A DNA stretch of 64,000 nucleotides, from the NCBI RefSeq assembly GCF_009914755.1, contig NC_060942.1; one strand, written 5' to 3'. The notes beneath the pieces were generated by a model. That model was given only the letters and a program-made list of their open reading frames with translations. It did no database searches and was not told the DNA's origin. The position numbers and the translations under genes were made by a program. How positions within the stretch are numbered: the stretch's first letter is position 1; each line of letters opens with the position of its first letter. Shown in pieces: positions 1-19,476 of the stretch. The stretch comes from the human T2T-CHM13v2.0 reference genome, Homo sapiens.

Positions 1-4028
<4,028 letters not shown>

Positions 4029-4249
4029 AAAATTTGAAATGTTTTAAAAATAAAAAATAACAAAATTTACCATCAAATGTTTACAATCACATATTTATAT
4101 ATATATATGCACAAAATATACATTAACATTTGATTTACTGATTATAAAATTATTTACTCTTAACACTAAAATTTAAAATATTTCCAAATTAGTTTTTGTT
4201 ACAGTTCATTTTCATCTTTGATTTAAGGGTAAAATTGAAAATAATATTT

Positions 4250-4520
4250 GTAAAAATATTTTGTTGAGTGTCGTGTTCATGTGGTTCAACTATGAGCTAT
4301 ATAATGTTTATAACTTGGAGATTTATTGAGCTTTATGCTATAGCAAATGAATAATTTTAAACACCTTCTATGGGCATTTAAAAAGAATGTGTATTCTTTA
4401 TTAGTAAGTATAGTTTAAGCCACAATCATTGAGTGAAGTCATTTGAATAACCTCTGTTTTATTTTTATTTTACCATATAAATCTGTCAAAAAGTAAAAAT
4501 GACATTAAAATTACTCTATT
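4250..4520 (-). mobile_element. Old L1M ORF2 fragment
   Basis: AAAAAGAATGTGTATTCT motif typical of antisense L1 endonuclease region; highly diverged. Confidence 0.4.
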
Positions 4521-4569
4521 TTAATATTTCTATCAGTTTTAGAATTTTATAGATATATAAAAATAAAAT

Positions 4570-6650
4570 ACAGTTTAATTAAAAGATAGTTTTGAGAAAA
4601 AGGTAAAATCATGACTATCACAGAGATATAAAAATACACACATGTTAAATGATCTGCTTTATTCATCTGATATGAAGCAAAAAACAAAAGTTGTCAGAGA
4701 TTTTAGCACCTAAGCTAGGAACTGGAATATAGATGCCTGAGAAACAATAGATGGCTTAGTTATTTCAATGTGAAAATAAAACATTAATAAAGTAAACAAA
4801 AGGTAGTATAATAATAAAAAAAAACTTTGCTTTTTTATTAAGTGAAAAAACTTTGTTTTCTGAAATAATCAGAGATATAGTAACATCAACATAAACCAGA
4901 GCAAGTTATTCTGGTAAGACTTCAAATCTTTGTTGTCTAGGCAGTTTACACGGAAAGAAAAAAAAAGTAGAAGCAACATTGCAGGAGAAAGTATCAACAG
5001 TAAATAGTGAAAAAAGCCCATCAAAACTCAGCATCCTTTGTTAAGATTTTAACACATGCCATAGCTTTTCAAACTGAGGTACTACAAACAATGGCAATTT
5101 AAAATTCTCTTTTAACTTTTGTACTTCATTATGCTGTTTCATATTCTGAAACAGGTGGACACTACCTTAGGACCAACTTCATGGTGTTAGTAAGGCAAAA
5201 ATTTTATAATATTCCCGAGTTGTTGCTAGTATGCAGTGCCTTTATACATGTAATCTTCAAATGAAACAATAAATAAAGATTCCAAAATTACCTGTTCAAT
5301 TTACAATACAGCAAATATTAGTAACTACACACCACAATAAAGATATTGTAGCCCTCAATAAGATTAAAGAGCATGAAGAGGTTTAGTGATTTTAAAAAAC
5401 AACCCTCTTTCAGGACAAAATACTATTTTCCTGGTATATACACAATTATATTTCTCTGAAACTATTTCTCCTAAGTAGGAAATTTTAACTAAAGTAACTT
5501 CTATCTCACATAGAAACCTATGGACAACCATGAATATTATACACCAGCATCCTGCCAGTCCAGGAGAGCTCATGAATACACTCAACACAATTTCCTAGCG
5601 TTATGCTTTACACAACCTCTCAAAGTAGCAAAAATGAACATGTTCATTAAGATACCCAAAGATGTTACTTTGATATAGCATATGAAAATACAAAGCAAAA
5701 ACAAACTTAAAATTATTGCTTAGTAATCAATGTTTTACTATTATATCTTAGAAATGATCAAGGTAACTAATAAATTTCCATTAATTAAGTCACCTACAGA
5801 TTTTTGGAAGTTATCTTCAATCTGGCATACTACAAAACATAACTTCTGTGGAATTAAAATTTTATCAGAACACTCAATTAATTTAGTTAAACATAAATTT
5901 ACGTGTTTTATAATCTTAAACATTAGAAATAATACTAATTTATTGATTGGTAAACCTGTATAAGTTTAAGAAGAACATATCCAAATAGAATAAAAATATA
6001 AGATTATATTACACTTAACACTGATAAATCAGAGAAAACAGCTGTTTTTATTAAAACAAAATTATTTAACTAGTCTCATTTGCCAAAGATTTTCCTAAAT
6101 TATATGAATTCGAATGTCTGAAACATTCTGAGTTTCTTTAAAAATTATTTTTAAATCTAATATGAAAAATATTGGAAGTTCAATTTCCTTATTTTGGGGG
6201 AATTTTAGGATCATTTAATTTATAAAAATATTAATTTTTTAATGCCAGTCAGCATGGAACTAAAGAAATTATATATTCCTATTTATTAATACAATCCAGA
6301 AAATTTAAAAATATTATACACATTCCTTTCTGAATTACAAATAAGCAGAGATATAGACACAAATAGAGGAAACTAATTAATTCTAAAATTTCAGCTGTGG
6401 GTCAAGAATAAACAGAAATTATAGAACTCACCAGTCTGTATCAAAGAGCTTGTCTCTTCCCAGTGGGTAAGAATTCTTCAGTTATTTGATTTAAATAGAC
6501 AAATAAACAGAAGAGACTAGCCAACTCTGTACACTCTCTCACCCAACAGAGACAAAATCTCTATAAATTCATTTACAGAGATCATTGAATAGTCTGACCA
6601 TAAAACCAAACACTCGCTGGGGAATAACTTATTATCTGTAAACAAACTAA
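4570..6650 (-). mobile_element. ERV1 MER4-group internal fragment (non-coding, decayed)
   Basis: Motifs such as AAATCTTTGTTGTCTAGGCAGTTTAC and AACTAGTCTCATTTGCCAAAGATTT resemble recalled antisense MER4-group internal consensus; boundaries approximate. Confidence 0.5.
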
Positions 6651-7149
6651 ATGCAAATCAAAGCAGAAGTAGTAGAGAAGAAAATTAAAATTAGAAAAAC
6701 TGAAAGTAAAGTTTTATTTGTATTTGGGTTCACCCCAGGAAGCAAAGAAAGATGTATCTGGCTTTAAAACATCTATGAGTTGCACTTCTTTGACAACAAA
6801 GTTTATCTGGCTCAGGTAAATAAAATGATTAGGCATCTCGGTGGAAAATCTCCAAAGCCATTAAAAGATAATTTTCAGAAAAATAAAAGTGTAACTCCAT
6901 GACTCTTTTAATCAAATGCCTATAGAAGGCAAGGTTCTGGATGACTGTGTTTGGCTACTGTAGAATATTTTAGTCATTACTAGTGAGGATAATGAAATTT
7001 GGTGTTTGCTTATTAGTGTGCAATAGCAATAATTACTCTTTTCTGGAGTAAGAAGGGAGAAAAAGAATGAGTTCAGGTCTCCCAGTTCCAGCTCTTCATA
7101 AATGACGTGAAAATTCAAAATGTTTATTTATGTTTTAAAATTTTTCTCA

Positions 7150-9470
7150 TGTCCTATTAGTTGTCTGGCTGGGATTTCTGAAAACCAAACTCAGACTCTC
7201 ACACTGTGAGTGGTTGAATTACAACTTTGTATTCCCAACACTTCTGGGTGTCTTCTGTTAAAGTAAAAGAATTATTAGGAAATAACAGGGTCCCATCAGA
7301 ATGGGGACATTTGAGGAGATCTCAATGAAGCTGGGGATGCTGAAACCCTAAATTCTACCAAGTCTTCTTTGTCCTTCTATCCCTGCCTAGGGAAGTTAGC
7401 CCTTCTTTGCCTGAAGAACTTATAATGGTCTCCCCTGAGATGGTTGCTTTGCAAAACACTGTTGATTTTTCTCAAGGACTACTCCATCATCTCTCTTTGC
7501 CTTTAGATCTGTATCTATACTTGAGCCCAGAGATCCCAAAAGCTGAATTAGTGTGACTCACTAGAAAGTACATTATATACCAAAACAACTGCATGTTTTT
7601 TTAAATTTATATGGACAGAAATCTGAGGAATATGTGTGTATATGAATATTAATGGCGTGGGATAATGCAAAAAGAGACATAAAGTTGAATAAGACTAATT
7701 TTACTGATATGAGCCTTAGAGAGATTCTAGAGAATCAATGTTTAGCTCAATAAGTTAAAAAGTCTCTATGGTTTGGTTGGTTTGTTGGCTAAAACATGGA
7801 CCTTAAGATGGCAAACACCAAATGAAGTTAGAATGTCAGAACTGCCTTGTTATGCTACAGAGAAAAGTATCTAAGGGCTTAGGAAAACAGGAACATTGGA
7901 GTGGATTTATTATGTAAGACCTTCTTACCCATCCTGGGAGCATCCAGAGGAGAAAACTTTTGCCACCAACTGCGAAAAATTAATTTGTGAAGAGACGCCT
8001 GTATCCTTCAAGATCTCCCTGGGTGCTTTTTTCATGGTCAGAAATTATTGTGGGACTCCTGCCATCTAGCTGAGATCCAAAAAAGGAATGAGGATAATTG
8101 GCTCACAGGTTGGCAGGGGCCAGATAGTGGCCCATAATCATCAAAGACAAGGTGGATGTGGCTACTGTAATGGATTGCAGTCAAAGCAGTAATCAGAAGA
8201 GTCTGGCTTGCAAATAGCTATTGCATAGGATAGTTGATGTTGGTGTTCCTAGAAAGAAATAGATAAGCAATCTATTCCTACTTGATCTGTATATGGGGAA
8301 GAGTTCCAAGTCTTGTGAACTTAAATTGCTAAAGCAGAGAGTCATGGCTCCTCAATCAATTCTCAGACTTGATCCAATTTACACAATGGATACTTCTTTA
8401 AGAAAGGAGAGTCCAGGTCCCCACCCTGCTACACTGAAAAAAAATTATACTGTTAATCTTATTTTCAGCCTTCCCCAAAGGAATTTATAACCATTTACTA
8501 GAGTGATTATATGCTAGAGAAAGGAAAATAATCCTCAAAACCATCTACTTCTACTTACCAAAACTGACATGGCTATAACCATTTCTGAGTGTCCACAGTG
8601 CCAGCAGTAGGGACCAACATCAGAGTCCCTGACACAGCGCTATTCCCCAGGTGATCGGCCACCTACCCCTCGCGGCACATTGATTATATGGGACCACTTC
8701 CATCATGGAAGGAGCAGCTCTTTATTCTTTCTGGAATAGACATTTATTCTGGATATGGATTTGCCTTCTGTATATGCAATGCTTCTGCCAAGACTACAAT
8801 TTGTGAATTTACAGAATGCCTTATACGCCACTATGGTATCTCACAATATTGCTTCTGATGAAGAATGTCTCGTCATAGAAGATAAAGTGTAACAATGGGC
8901 CCGTGCTTATGGAATTCACTGGTTTTACCATGTTCCCCACTATCCTGAAGCAGTTGGCTTGATAGAACAATGGAATGGCCTTTTGAAGACTCAGTGCCAG
9001 CTATACATAGCTATACATAGAAATACCTTTCAGAACTGGGACAAGTTTCTCTAGGACACTGAGTATGCTCCAAGTCAGCATAAAATATATAGTGCTTTTT
9101 CTCCTACAGCCAGGATTTATGGGCTTAGAAATCAAAGAGTGGAAATGGGAGTGTCGCCATTCATTATTAGCCCTCATAACCCACTAACAGGATTCTTGCT
9201 TGCTGTCCCTTATACTCTGCCAGCCTAGAGAACATCGTTCCAAATGAAGAAATGCTTCTGGGAAACACGATTCAATTGAAGTGAAAGTTAAGACTGCCAC
9301 CCAACTATTTTGAGTGTCCCTTACTTCTGAATCAACAAAGATGGGGGTTACATCATGGCTGGGTGGTTGGACTACTTGTCTACAAAGAGGTAGGAAGAAT
9401 ATGACTGGAATATATGAGATTCCTTACAGCATATCTTAGTACTACCATGCCCTGTGATTAAAATCAGTGA
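7150..9470 (+). mobile_element. ERVL internal region (ERVL-E-like): decayed gag, integrase and dUTPase remnants; protease to RNaseH deleted
   Basis: gag-like GATGAAGCTGGGGA-type and CAGAAATCTGAGGAATATG motifs; integrase peptides and dUTPase-like AAGTTAAGACTGCCACC. Confidence 0.85.
8534..9230 (+). pseudogene. ERVL integrase pseudogene
   Basis: Hand translation gives DYMGPLPSWKEQLFILSGIDIYSGYGFA...NASAKTTI...ECLIRHYGI and WARAYGIHWFYHVPHYPEAVGLIEQWNGLLKTQ, with frameshifts and stops. Confidence 0.85.
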
Positions 9471-11719
<2,249 letters not shown>

Positions 11720-11730
11720 AAAATCATTGA

Positions 11731-12229
11731 AAAGTATAATTACTTCATTCAGGCAAGACTGCTAATGGTTCATTCCTTTCAAGAATGGAGGTTTGGGTCA
11801 CAAAGAACAACAGCCAGCTGAGGTGTCTGCTGAGTACAAAGGGAACATAGAATGGGTAGTAGAAGAAAATAGTTAAAAATACCAGTTAAGACCACATGAC
11901 CAATTGCAGAAATGAGGACTACGATAGTTATATTTCTTTCTTAATTTGCTATGAATATGTTTGCATGTATATTAACCAAATGTTTTTATTTCCTTCCCTC
12001 TCTCATGCCCTTATTAGCTAAGATAGGATGTTTTATAAGTTAACTTTATAGCATACTGTTTAAGCTACAAGCTATTAACATAAATGAGAATCACCTTAGG
12101 ACTTTGCACTCTCTTCTAGGAAAAGAGTTGGCATGTTTTGGTTGAATGTAGGAGTGTTGTATCATGTTATGTGAAAATATGGATTTGTTGTTGTCTTTAA
12201 GAGGATGTACAGAGTTCCAATTTGTAGGC
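11731..12229 (+). mobile_element. ERVL internal 3' part (continuation of 7150-9470)
   Basis: GGTTTGGGTCAC...CTGAGGTGTCTGCTGAG...AGAATGGGTAGTAGAAGAA...GACCACATGACCAATTGCAGAAA matches the end of ERVL pol. Confidence 0.8.
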
Positions 12230-12612
12230 TGTGATGATTTTTATGTGTCATCTTGGCTAGGTTATGATCCCTGATAATCAATCAAACACTAATTCAGATT
12301 TTGCAGTGGGAGTATTTTGTACATATGAAAGCCCATTATAAATTGACTTTCTTAAGTAAAGCAGATTAGGTAATTTAGATGACTCTGATTCAATCAGTTG
12401 AAATGTCTTAAGGGAAGAGCAGAGGCTTCCCTGAAGATAAAGAAATTAAGCCTATGGACAACAGATAAAGCTTGTATCCAAGAGCTCTGGTCTTCCCTTC
12501 CTAATGGCTTGCTCTCTGCATTTCAGATTTGCCAAGCTAATTCTTTGTAATAAATCTCTTAAGATGTATCTTCTACTTGCTGTGTGTCTCTGGTTGAATC
12601 CTGAAAAATACA
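12230..12612 (+). mobile_element. MLT2 LTR (MLT2F/E-like), 3' LTR of the ERVL provirus
   Basis: Starts TGTGATG..TTTATGTGTCA, has AATAAA, ends TCTCTGGTTGAATCCTGA..AATACA; directly follows ERVL internal sequence. Confidence 0.8.
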
Positions 12613-12694
12613 ACAGTAATTTTTACTTTTGCATTAAAATATTTCATTTTGTTGCATTAATTGTTGGCAATAGTTGTGCATTATCTTCTCCAGG

Positions 12695-12722
12695 TGTTGT
12701 TGTTGTTGTTGTTGTTGTTGTT
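12695..12722. repeat. (TGT)n microsatellite
   Basis: About 9 consecutive TGT units. Confidence 0.9.
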
Positions 12723-13247
12723 TTAATGTTAGGGAGAAATTCCAGGAGACACATGGCCTTAATCCCAATAAGTAACTTTTTCAAGTAGTTGGGTATTTTT
12801 TACTTTATGGAAAACATCTGGATATAGGCAACACCTTAACAATGATCTTTTCATGATTAAACAACAGCAAATATACTGTGACTAAAACAAGGTTATGGCT
12901 ACAAAGATTTTTCCTTTTTAATTTTGTTTGTTTTAGATATTTGTTTGTGATGAGACTATTTGCCCAATTCCTTGTTCTGGTTATTTACATTGGAGGGTTC
13001 TTATATTTCTTCCAGTTTCTGGGAGTATATTTCATCCTCAATCTCAAGGGAGAGAACCCATCATATTTGTTCTATAGGTACAGGTTCCTTTTAGGACATA
13101 ACATAAGAAGGACTAAAAGGGAAATGACTGAAAACAACTGAATGTTAGTTTCCTTTCTGCTTGTCCAAGATTTAGCTAATGTGAAGACCAGTTCCAAAGT
13201 CCACTGTACAATCTATGTTTAAAGCAGTTACTGAAATTCTTCGCCCT

Positions 13248-13750
13248 TGACAGTCAGAATAGTGCCCTAACTACAAAAAATATTCATGTCCAAATTGCCA
13301 GAACCTGTGAATGTGTTACATTATATGACAAAAAGAAATTAAATTGTAATTTAATCAGCGGACTTTAAAATAGGATGATTATTTTTGGATTATCCAGGTT
13401 CATATAATATAAACATAAGGGTTCTGAAAAATGAAAGAAGCAGGTAGGAGAGAAGATCAGAATAATGTGATATGAAAAGGACCTGAAAAGTCCACGTTGC
13501 TGGCTTTGAAGGCACACAAAAACCTTCAAATGAGCTGAGCAGTGTGGGTGGCCTGCAGAAGCTGGAAAAGGCAAAGAGACTGATTCTTCTCAGCACCTCC
13601 AAAAAGCAGCACAGCCTTCCTACACCTCTATTTTAACCCAGTGAGATCTGCATTACACTTCTGACCTCTACAACTGTAAGAAAATAAATTTATGTTGTTT
13701 TATGACACTAAATTTGTGACAGCTTGTTACAGCAATAGAATACTAATATA
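13248..13750 (+). mobile_element. MaLR LTR (MLT1D-like)
   Basis: GAACCTGTGAATGTGTTAC, GGATTATCCAGG, GAAGCTGGAAAAGGCAAAG, ACTTCTGACCTCTACAACTGTAAG..AATAAATTT..TGTTACAGCAATAG. Confidence 0.85.
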
Positions 13751-14202
13751 CTGTTCATTTTAAAGGTATCTACTTCCTGTTTTGTTAATGTTTATGTATT
13801 TATGCACATATCACATATTTACTACAAGACTGAAAAGACGTTGAGAACAGACATTGATTTTTATTCTGTTTTGTATAAATCAAGATCTAGGATTATGTCC
13901 ATTACGTAATAGGTATCAATGATTCTGTTCTATCTTGGGCTGCATAGCAGAACGGAGAGCCTCAATCTTTTTACCTTTAAAATCTAAGCTGCCAAAGTTG
14001 CTTGTGGATATTCTTTATTATGTGGAATCTGACTTCATCTTCTTTTTGTCCATTCTTTTTTCTACCGCTTGCAACTCCATTTTGCAATACATTTAAATTT
14101 CCTTTATGTTTTTTATTGGGAACATACTTAGATAATCACATTATAACAGATTGAGCAATGAAATAATCTAGTAATAATATCTAACATTTAAAAATATTTA
14201 CT

Positions 14203-14246
14203 ATGTGTCTGGTGTGTGTGCATGTGTGTGTATGTGTGTGTGTGTG
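14203..14246. repeat. Imperfect (TG)n microsatellite
   Basis: TGTGTGTGCATGTGTGTGTATGTGTGTGTGTG. Confidence 0.8.
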
Positions 14247-16709
14247 AATTAACTAATTTAATCTTTATCCAGATGACTTGGTGTTTAATTTCCTCAAAGT
14301 TTTCCAATTCACTAGGCTCATTCATTAATTTGTCCATTTGTTCCACATTATTTGGATACTGATTTTGTGGCAATCACTGTCCTCAGTTTGGAGAGCATAG
14401 CACCTAACACAGTGCTCAGTGCATGGTGCCTAGCCTACTCTATTCTACAATTTCAAAGAAATTTCTTGCACTATCCCTCATAAAGCCTCTGATCCAAGTA
14501 CATTTTTGATAGTGTTTATTTGAGTAGACAGTTCAAGGTTGCCTTTACCTAGTAGGAGTCTTCATCTTGGCTATATGCAGAAGACTATTTCTTAATCAGA
14601 TTATAAACATGGCACTCTGTGGTTAGAAGAAAGAGTTCTTCATGTATACAATGATGGTTTTCAATTATAATCAGAGTTGTCTGCCAAAGTACTGATCAGT
14701 CCTTGGATATTTAAAAAGCTGAAGGGAAAAGCAGAGAATCTTCAAGAAAGTGAGAGGAATAATCAGTAGATATTATTAAATCAACATCCACAGTGAGCTC
14801 AATTTTTTTGTATAATAGCCAATGTTTCAAACACATATTGATTCACCTTTATGACACTTATGCTAGAGGCAGGGCAGGGGCAAGTCCAGGAATATAAAAA
14901 ACAATAAATCTCAGGCATTTCTTCATGCCTCAAAAGGCATGTAAGTAGCAAACGTTCACACTTGGATAGGCAATCTGTTCTCCAAGTGTCTAGAGAGGGA
15001 GCTGTGCTTTGATACACCCTGGCTTATGCATTTGCCTAATCATTCATGGTAAAATATCTGATCTTAATGTTTCTGTTGCTTACCTTCAGCTCTGCAAATT
15101 AATATCAGCTGTATCACAGATACTGTCCCTTTGTATGCTTGGCCTCTTTAGACAGGCTCACTACAGAGGCTGTCCTTCCTACATTATTTATTAAAGCGTG
15201 ATAAGGTGAAGTAATTACATTATCAGATGTCTCTGTCGTATTTGAGCAATAAGGCACCATAATAATGGTATAAGACATCTTGGAAGGAGGGTATAGTTAC
15301 CAAAAGGCAATCACACTCCTGGGGATTATAGGAGCTTGGATACATGTCTTTCCTTATAATGCCCTAAGGATGTGATTATCTCAAGAAGAGAGAGAAAGGG
15401 AAAAACCCAATGAATAATGTTGTATTCTGTTATACAAAATTTATAGGAAAGGGCAAAAGTGTATTTCATATGAGGATGTGATGTGGCAGTTTAGAATATC
15501 TGAACAGCAGTCTTAAATGAGCTGAGCTATTCATGGAAGTTAACCTGTCTTTTCAGAAAGCTAGTAGGCCACTCTAAGTCATTTGTAAAACCAGATTGGT
15601 CTCAGAAATGCATTAGAATTTTAGCATGGTTTTCGTGTTGATAAAGTGGTCTGATGAAGGTATCCATTTCTAGCTGGCTCAGCGCATCAAGCTTTCCATT
15701 TTTTGGCTAGCTCTGAAGAAGGCTGGTAAAGTTGAAGGTCATATGGCAGGCTGCTATCAACAGATCTTTGTTGCCTGGTAGCACTAAAATGGAATATATA
15801 TAAGCATATATATATATGCTTTCAAATTCTCCCACCAAATCCAAAGAAGCCATGCTTCTGTTGTGATTAAACTGAATTTCCAGGGAGACAAAAATAGTGA
15901 GAAAAACAAATGTCAACCAGAGTAGGGTCACAGCTACATCTTGAAAGCCGCAAGAGACCTTAGCTATATCTTTCACAATTCATCCAATGAGGAAATTTTC
16001 TGACATGTGGAGAATTAAAAATAAAAATGTCTATAAACACATTAAGGTGATATCCTGAAGAATATTCTGCAGAGTTTCAAGGTAGAATAGCAAGGCCAAA
16101 GGCAAATTATTGGAATAAAGTGTTAAATTTCACCAAAAAATTATTTTAATCAGCAAAAGACAGAGTGCTTTGTACAAAAAAATAGATAAAAATGGAGAAT
16201 GTTGTTAATTATGCAGGTTTTCAATGAAAGAATCCAAAACCTCTGAATAGACAGTTTCATTCTGGAGACATGTTCTGTGATACTCAAGCATTTCACAAGA
16301 AGGTAAATGTTTTAGTAGAGTATTTTTGTTTATAATCATTGAAAAAATTTTAATGTCTAAAATCATATAAAAATTCAGTAGCTTCATTAAATTGATTTAT
16401 TTTAGTGTCATCCATATGTAGATATCATGTGGATTTGCCATCAAGGACTATCACTCAAAATTATATTTATCTATTATGTAGAAAGCATGGGTTCAGTGAG
16501 CAATGAGAAAGGTAAGAAAGGAATTGGAGCACTGGGAACCATGAACAAGGGAGAGTTATTAAATCTATGTGACTTAGGAGTTTCAGGTGTGATGAGATCT
16601 CATTTCTGGTGTAATAAAGTTCTGAACTTGGTGATGCGAACACAGTAGGGGATCAGACACTGACTTTGCCCTCAAGAAGATTGACATCCTATTTTTTTTC
16701 TCTTATATG

Positions 16710-16865
16710 TTTGAGCTCTTACTCCATGCTAGTTACGCTACATGAATAAATTCATTTAATTTGTACAATAATCCTATATAGCAGGTGTTCTTATTATTTT
16801 CATCTCAAAGATAAGAAATTGAGGCAGAGAGAGCTTAAGGAATGTGCCCAAGGTCACACAATTTT
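16710..16865 (-). mobile_element. MIR SINE
   Basis: Antisense core AGATAAGAAATTGAGGCAGAGAGAG...GCCCAAGGTCACACA. Confidence 0.75.
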
Positions 16866-16960
16866 AAGCCAAAGATGCTTTGCTCTTACCTATAGAGATC
16901 TGGATCCCATGTTTTATAACATATATATCCTTTACTGCTCCTGTTGAAAGAAATACAGTC

Positions 16961-17272
16961 AGCTGGGCATGGTGGTTCATGCCTATACTCCCAGTACTTT
17001 GGGAGCCTTAGGTGGAAGATTGCTTGAACACAGAAGTTTGAGACCAGCCTGGGCAAAATGACGAGATCCTGTCTCTACAAAAACTACAAAAATAATTAGC
17101 CAGGGCTGGTGGCACATGCCTTTGGTTCCAGCTACTCAGGAGGCTAAGGTAGGAGGATCATCTGAGCCCAGGAGGTCGAAGCTGCAGTAAGCCATGATCA
17201 CGCCACTGCACTCCTGCCTAGGCAACAGAGTGAGAACTTGTTTTTTAAACAAGAAAAAAAAAAGAGAGAAAA
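16961..17272 (+). mobile_element. AluJ
   Basis: GAAGATTGCTTGA, GAGCCCAGGAGGTCGAAGCTGCAGT diagnostics; TSD AAATACAGTC (16951-16960 / 17273-17282). Confidence 0.9.
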
Positions 17273-17277
17273 AAATA

Positions 17278-18792
17278 CAGTCATGTGCTGCTGAATGAAG
17301 GGGATATATTCTGAGAAATGCACTGTAAGGTGATTTCATTGTTGTGAAAACACCTAGGCTATATGGTATAGCCCATTACTCCTAAGCTACAAACCTGTAC
17401 AGCACGTTACTGTATGGAATACTATAGGCAATTTAACACAATGATAAGTACTTATGTATCTAAACATATCTAACATAGAAAAGGTACAGTATGTGGCTAG
17501 CCATATACAGAATATTGAAACTGTACCCCTTCCTTACACCATATACAAAAATTAACTCAAGATGGATTAAATGCTTAAATTTAAAACCCAGGAAGACAAC
17601 GTAGGCAGTATCATTCAGGACATAAGCACAGGCAAATATTTCATGATGAAAATGTCAAAAGCAATTTCTACAAAAGCAGAAATTGACAAATGGGATCTAA
17701 TTAAGCTAAAGAGCTTCTGCACTGCAAAGGAAACTTATCAAGAGCATAAGCAGGCAACCTACAGAATGGGAGAAAATTTTTGCAAACTATGCATCTTAAC
17801 TTAAACAACTTTAAGGAACTTAAGGAACTTAAACAAATTTACAGGAAGAAAATAACCCCATTAAAAAGTGGCAAAGAACATGAACCGACTCTTTTCAAAA
17901 GAAGACATACATAGAGCCAACAATCATATGAAAAAAAGCTCAACATCACTGATCATTAGAGAGATGCAAATCAAAACCACAATGAGATACGGTCTCACAT
18001 CAGTCTGAATGACTATTATCAAAAAGTCAAAAAATAACAGATGCTGCAAGGTTGTGAAGAAAAAGGAACACATATACACTGTTGGTGGCAGTGTAAATTA
18101 GTTCAACCATTGTGGTAGACAGTGTAGGGATTCCTCAAAGACCTAATGACAGGAATACCATTCAACCCAGTAATCTCTTTACTGGTTATACCCAAAGAAA
18201 TATAAATCTTTCAATTACAAAGTCACATGCATGCATATGTTCATTATAGCACTATTCCCGGTGGCAGAGACATGGAATTGATCTAAATGCACATCAATGA
18301 TAGACGGGATAAAGAAAATGTGGTACATATATACCATGAAATACTATGCAGCCATAAAAACAAATGAGATCATGTCCTTTGCAGGGATGTGGATGGAGCT
18401 GGGGGCCATTATCCTTAGCAAACTAAGCAGAAACAGAAAAACCAAATACTGCATGTTGTCACTTATAAGTGGGAGCTAAATGATGAGAACACATGGACAT
18501 ATAGAAAGGAACAACAGACATTGTGCCTATTACAGGGTAAAGGGTGGGAGTGAGGAAAGGATCAGGAAATAATGAATAGTTACTAGGCTTAATACCTGAG
18601 TGATAAAATAATCTGTACAACAAACTCCTGTGACATAAGTGTACCTATATAACAAACCTGCACATATACTCCAAACTTAAAACTTACAAAAAAGGAAAGG
18701 TACAGTATGAATGTGTTATTATAATCTTATGAGGCCACTGTTACATATGCGTTCCATTGTTGCCCAAAACATCATTTAGTGTCACATCACTG
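17278..18792. mobile_element. Tigger3a (MER7A) DNA transposon, split by an L1 insertion
   Basis: CAGTCATG terminus after TA; GCTACAAACCTGTACAGCA..AGAAAAGGTACAGTA; resumes at 18710 and ends CATCACTG followed by TA. Confidence 0.85.
17494..18695 (+). mobile_element. LINE-1 3' fragment (L1PA13-like)
   Basis: ORF2 C-terminus ([20 protein letters not shown]; KKMWYIYTMKYYAAIK), 3' UTR; 14-bp TSD AAAGGTACAGTATG (17480-17493 / 18696-18709). Confidence 0.9.
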
Positions 18793-18899
18793 TAAGTGAA
18801 AATTAAAAAGGACATTAAATTATCATAGATGCTGTGATAAATGTATGTAAAAGAAACAGTTGGGACACACATGAATATATGCTCAATTTTATAGGAAGA

Positions 18900-19363
18900 T
18901 ATGATGGTTAATTTTATCTGTCAAACTGGCTTTGCTAAAAGACACTCCAATAGCTGGTAAAACATTTTTTCTGGATTTGTCTGTGAGAGTGTTTCCTGAA
19001 AAGACTAGTGTTTGAATTTGTAAACTGATTAAAGAAAATTGCCTCATGAATGTGGATGGACATCATCCTCTGAACAAAAAGGAAGAGGAAGAGGAAATTC
19101 ACTCTCTGTTCTTGAGCTGGGACATCCATCTTCTTCTGCCAATGTACACCGTCACTCCTGATTCTCCACTCTTCAATCTCAGGCTAGCACTTATACCATT
19201 GGCTCCTCTGGTTCTTAGTCCTTTGGAGTTGGACTGAATTATACCACTGGCTTTCCTGGTTCTCCAGCTTGCAGATGGCAGATCATGGGACTTCTTGCCT
19301 CCATAATCTTGTGAGCCAATCCTTGAAACATTATGTCTACCTATATTTATCTCTATTTCTTTT

Positions 19364-19405
<42 letters not shown>

Positions 19406-19476
19406 GTCTGTCTCTATCTATATATCTGTCTAATCTTCAATTGGTTCTGTTTTTCTGGAGAACCCTGACTAATACA
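18900..19476 (+). mobile_element. MLT2 solo LTR (MLT2B-like) with internal (TCTA)n
   Basis: GATGGTTAATTTTAT..GTCAA start; CTTGAGCTGGGACATCCATCTTCT; ends TTGGTTCTGTTTTTCTGGAGAACCCTGACTAATACA. Confidence 0.9.
19365..19420. repeat. (TATC)n/(TGTC)n tetranucleotide STR
   Basis: About 10 TATC units followed by TGTC variants. Confidence 0.9.
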
